DNA of 64,000 nt from the NCBI GenBank assembly GCA_016748015.1, contig JAAOMT010000468.1, forward strand, positions 682,001-746,000, given 5' to 3'. Source of the stretch: Geosiphon pyriformis uo1 (lineage: Eukaryota > Fungi > Glomeromycota). The notes beneath the pieces were generated by a model. That model worked only from the letters and a program-made list of their open reading frames with translations, was not told where the DNA came from and searched no databases. Shown here piece after piece: positions 62,370-64,000 of this stretch. The position numbers and the translations under genes are program-made. Numbering within the stretch: position 1 is the first letter of the stretch; every line of letters begins with the position of its first letter.

Positions 62370-64000
62370 TTTTACAAGTACAATTTAATTACTATTTAAT
62401 ACACAAAATCAAAACTAAAAACTTTAGCTAGATATAATTTACACTCTTATTATATGTGACCAGTTACTCAAACTAATCAAAACAATATTAAACCTTTATA
62501 TAAACTATAATCTTACTATTTAGATTCAAAAAAAACAAACAAGACTTACAAAAACCAAAGCTAACGCCAAATAACTTATCAATACTAATTATTTTAATTG
62601 TTTTATTTAACAAATCTAATCTTATAATATAAAATTCACTAAATACTACTCCAGAATTACCAATCAAACCATATTTTTTTATATCTTTCTGTATCTAAAC
62701 CTGAATTTTTACAACTCAAAATAATAATATTTACTCAAACTGTATACAAAATTAACTAAAACCTAAACAGTCTTTTTATAATCTTTAAATATCTATAAAG
62801 CTTTATGATATTAATCTTTAAGCATAAAGCTTTTTTAAAAAAAAGTATACAGCCCAACATCTAATAAACATGACAAGAAAAACTTTACAATTATAGAAAA
62901 CAGCAAAATATTAAGCCTTATCAGCAACTTCTAAATTTCAATCTAGTTAAACAAAATTTTTTTTCAGGATTTAGTTTCCTTAAAACAAGTAAACACATGA
63001 ACAAAAAATTCTATTTCTTTACAATACAAATACAAAACATTTAGATATCTTTTGTTATAATGTTTTTTTCTGACTATAATAAACAATTTTTTGTGAACTG
63101 TTTTTATAAAATATGTGTACAAACTAGCTAAAACTTTACTTGTTAAAATTGATAGCATCTGTAAATCTGAGTGTTAAACTGTAGTAGTTCAAACCTAATC
63201 AATATTCTGAATCAAAAAACCATTCAACATTCTAAAACCAGATTCAGCTTCTTAATAAACACAATTTACTAATTTATATATATTCTAAACAAAATAACAA
63301 ACATTATCAAATACTCTTGAATTATTAGTCATAACAAAGCATTTATACATATTATTAGGCAGCAACAAAGAAGAATAGACAGTTTTATTTACTAAAACAT
63401 CTGTACAAATATTATCCAAAACACCTAAATGTTTTTTAATCTTTGATTAAATTACTAAAAATTCTTTATTTTTGACCAAATTAATAATATGTCTCTTTTC
63501 TATCCAAAAGTGGTTTCGAAAATCAAGATTTGACAACTTCAACTCCAAGATACATGTATCCAAAACAGTTTGACTGTTCAAGTATATAATTACAGTACAA
63601 AAAAAAAACACATATTCTAAAGCCAAAACAATGGTTTGCAATTTAACTATTGTTAATAACAACAACTTATAAATCTTAATATCAACATTTAAGTTAACTT
63701 TAGAAAAATATGCAGCAGTCTCATTAGTCACAGCAAAAAAACTTAGATTTACTAATGATCTATCTGTATATATATTAATTACATTTGATTAAATTTTATA
63801 AACATATTTATTCAAAATCAAAAACTAATCTATTAACAAAATACTAATACTCTCTGTATCAGAAACTATATTGAAAAAAGCAGATATAAAACTAAAATTA
63901 TACAAAAAATCTAATGTTAGAATAAATCAGAAAAACACAGACTTTTTAGAATCTAATTTTTTCTAACAATAAAATGTTTTTTAATTTATGATCTTATTAC
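62370..64000 (-). mobile_element. LINE D: heavily mutated 3' part (RNase H, Zn finger, 3' UTR); continues beyond the window
   Basis: AAYF...LQTIVLALE...YLNSQ (RNase H), YLYCKEIE...HVFTC; 3' UTR ending TACTTGTAAA. Confidence 0.88.

Noticed and set aside
1-64000. Host protein-coding, tRNA or rRNA genes; prokaryotic or phage origin suggested by the dUTPase
   Set aside because: All coding sequence maps to LINE or LTR elements, the dUTPases are in frame within Pol, and no RNA gene pattern was seen.

Overview
Eukaryotic, AT-rich, CpG-depleted DNA with no host genes. It is probably from an early-diverging fungus (Glomeromycotina/Mucoromycota-like; inference only). The window is a nest of decayed retroelements. 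Four RNase H-bearing LINE copies alternate in orientation (A + 1-34027, B - ~34400-43450, C + ~45150-62160, D - ~62370-end) and are separated by almost pure A/T spacers. Four full-length Ty3/gypsy-type LTR elements sit inside them, each with paired LTRs, PBS, PPT and a 4-bp TSD: E1 830-20275 (-, in LINE A), E2 7033-16798 (-, in E1), E3 21123-31020 (+, in LINE A) and E4 47697-57848 (+, in LINE C). E1-E3 form family A and E4 is a distant family B with unrelated LTRs. Both families share an unusual plan: a long, probably GUG-initiated N-terminal Gag extension (behind a nearly AUG-free leader in family A); one Gag-PR-[triple Cys4 zinc domain]-dUTPase-RT-RNaseH frame that stops at LSRMRQ(D/I)*; an integrase that restarts at its own AUG, has a Ginger/GIN-like N-terminus and ends in a conserved LEPIVVIE peptide with no chromodomain; and a conserved non-env third ORF reaching the PPT. 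This apparently tricistronic, split-integrase LTR lineage is the best candidate for an undescribed system. Nearly all decay is C>T/G>A. Two gap-flanking duplications are assembly artefacts.
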